A DNA stretch of 63,010 nt, filler included, from Nemertoderma westbladi (Eukaryota; Animalia; Xenacoelomorpha), in assembly GCA_032718475.1 (NCBI GenBank). It is 3 parts of 3 records of this genome, joined end to end, with 100 filler letters (N's around TTAATTAATTAA, not from the genome) between each part and the next. Parts side by side here need not be neighbours in the genome. Positions count along the whole stretch, not along the records: positions 39,989 to 63,010 come from JAUCBJ010001008.1; 2 more parts are not named here. One strand, written 5' to 3'. The position numbers and the translations under genes are program-made. Below, one piece after another: positions 62,501-63,010 of this stretch (positions are counted from its first letter, which is position 1; the number at the start of each line of letters is the position of its first letter). The notes beneath the pieces are model-generated. The model was not told where the DNA came from, ran no database searches, and was given only the letters and a program-made list of their open reading frames with translations.

Positions 62501-62765
62501 CCTAGATATATACGGTTACCATGGTACTGCTGGTGACTCAATGGAGTTTCACGACGGTCTCCCATTCACTACCAAGGACCGCGATAATGACCGCGCTAAA
62601 TCCGACAACTGCGCCGTATTTAGTAATGGGGCGTGGTGGTAAAAGGACTGCGCTAGAAGTAACTTGAACGGAGAATATGGTGCGGAGGAAGGGCAAGGAC
62701 CTTATTGGTATCATTCTACTGGATATAATCCGGCTTCTCGAGTTGAAATGAAGATTTTGATTTAG
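59557..62765 (+). CDS. Secreted fibrinogen-related protein (FReD); exons 59557-59664 and 62127-62765; in-frame TAA at 62640-62642
   Basis: Signal-peptide-like exon 1; phase-0 intron GTAAGT...TTTAG; QQRVDGSVDF, FWLGLEKIH, FTTKDRDND, GAWW*KDC..SNLNG, EMKI. Confidence 0.85.
60115..62061. repeat. 34-bp minisatellite, about 57 copies, in the FReD intron
   Basis: Unit AGCCTTATTAAATAAATGTGTGAGTAAGCCTACC. Confidence 0.98.
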
Positions 62766-63010
62766 TAAAACTGTAAGTTTTATATAAAATTACTAAATAA
62801 TTCCAACAGAGTTGCGTTGGAAACTAACTTTTACATTTAATTATAAAAGTAATTTTTATTCTACTGAGTAAAACCAGTTACCGCGGGTAGGAAACGCAAT
62901 GTGTTAAAAATTTAATATGAAACATTAAATTTTATTTCACTAAATTCCTAATTCCTCCATCACCATCTCTATGAAATATTCTGCTATATGGTTGGATTAA
63001 AGTATTTCGT

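Noticed and set aside
62640-62642. Nuclear genetic code with UAA read as Tyr
   Set aside because: TAA terminates HMGCR, the ShK gene and TMEM223 copy 1 at their expected ends, and the long ORFs contain no in-frame TAA.

Overview
AT-rich animal (invertebrate-like) genomic DNA with short GT-AG introns. Two 100-nt N-gaps each carry an artificial TTAATTAATTAA linker, so adjacency across them is not guaranteed. Genes: an intronless espin-family ankyrin protein; a 4-exon secreted three-ShK-domain protein that the ORF track shows only as fragments; an intronless NWD1/NWD2-like DUF4062-NACHT-WD40 protein; a divergent Ubc12-like E2 with an HPH motif; the catalytic exons of HMG-CoA reductase; two tandem TMEM223-like paralogues; and a secreted fibrinogen-related protein with an in-frame TAA. 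The rest is RTE and CR1/L2 LINEs, a tRNA-derived SINE, many MITEs and several tandem arrays. Most notable: a P/hAT-like TIR element carrying gene-like cargo, a TIR element in TMEM223 whose edge supplies a frame-preserving splice donor, TA-NNN-TA excision footprints visible inside repeats, inverted RTE copies flanking a symmetric ShK exon, and AKAP-like helices in the NWD protein. No CRISPR array, rRNA or intact tRNA was seen. All family calls are from motif recognition, not database searches.
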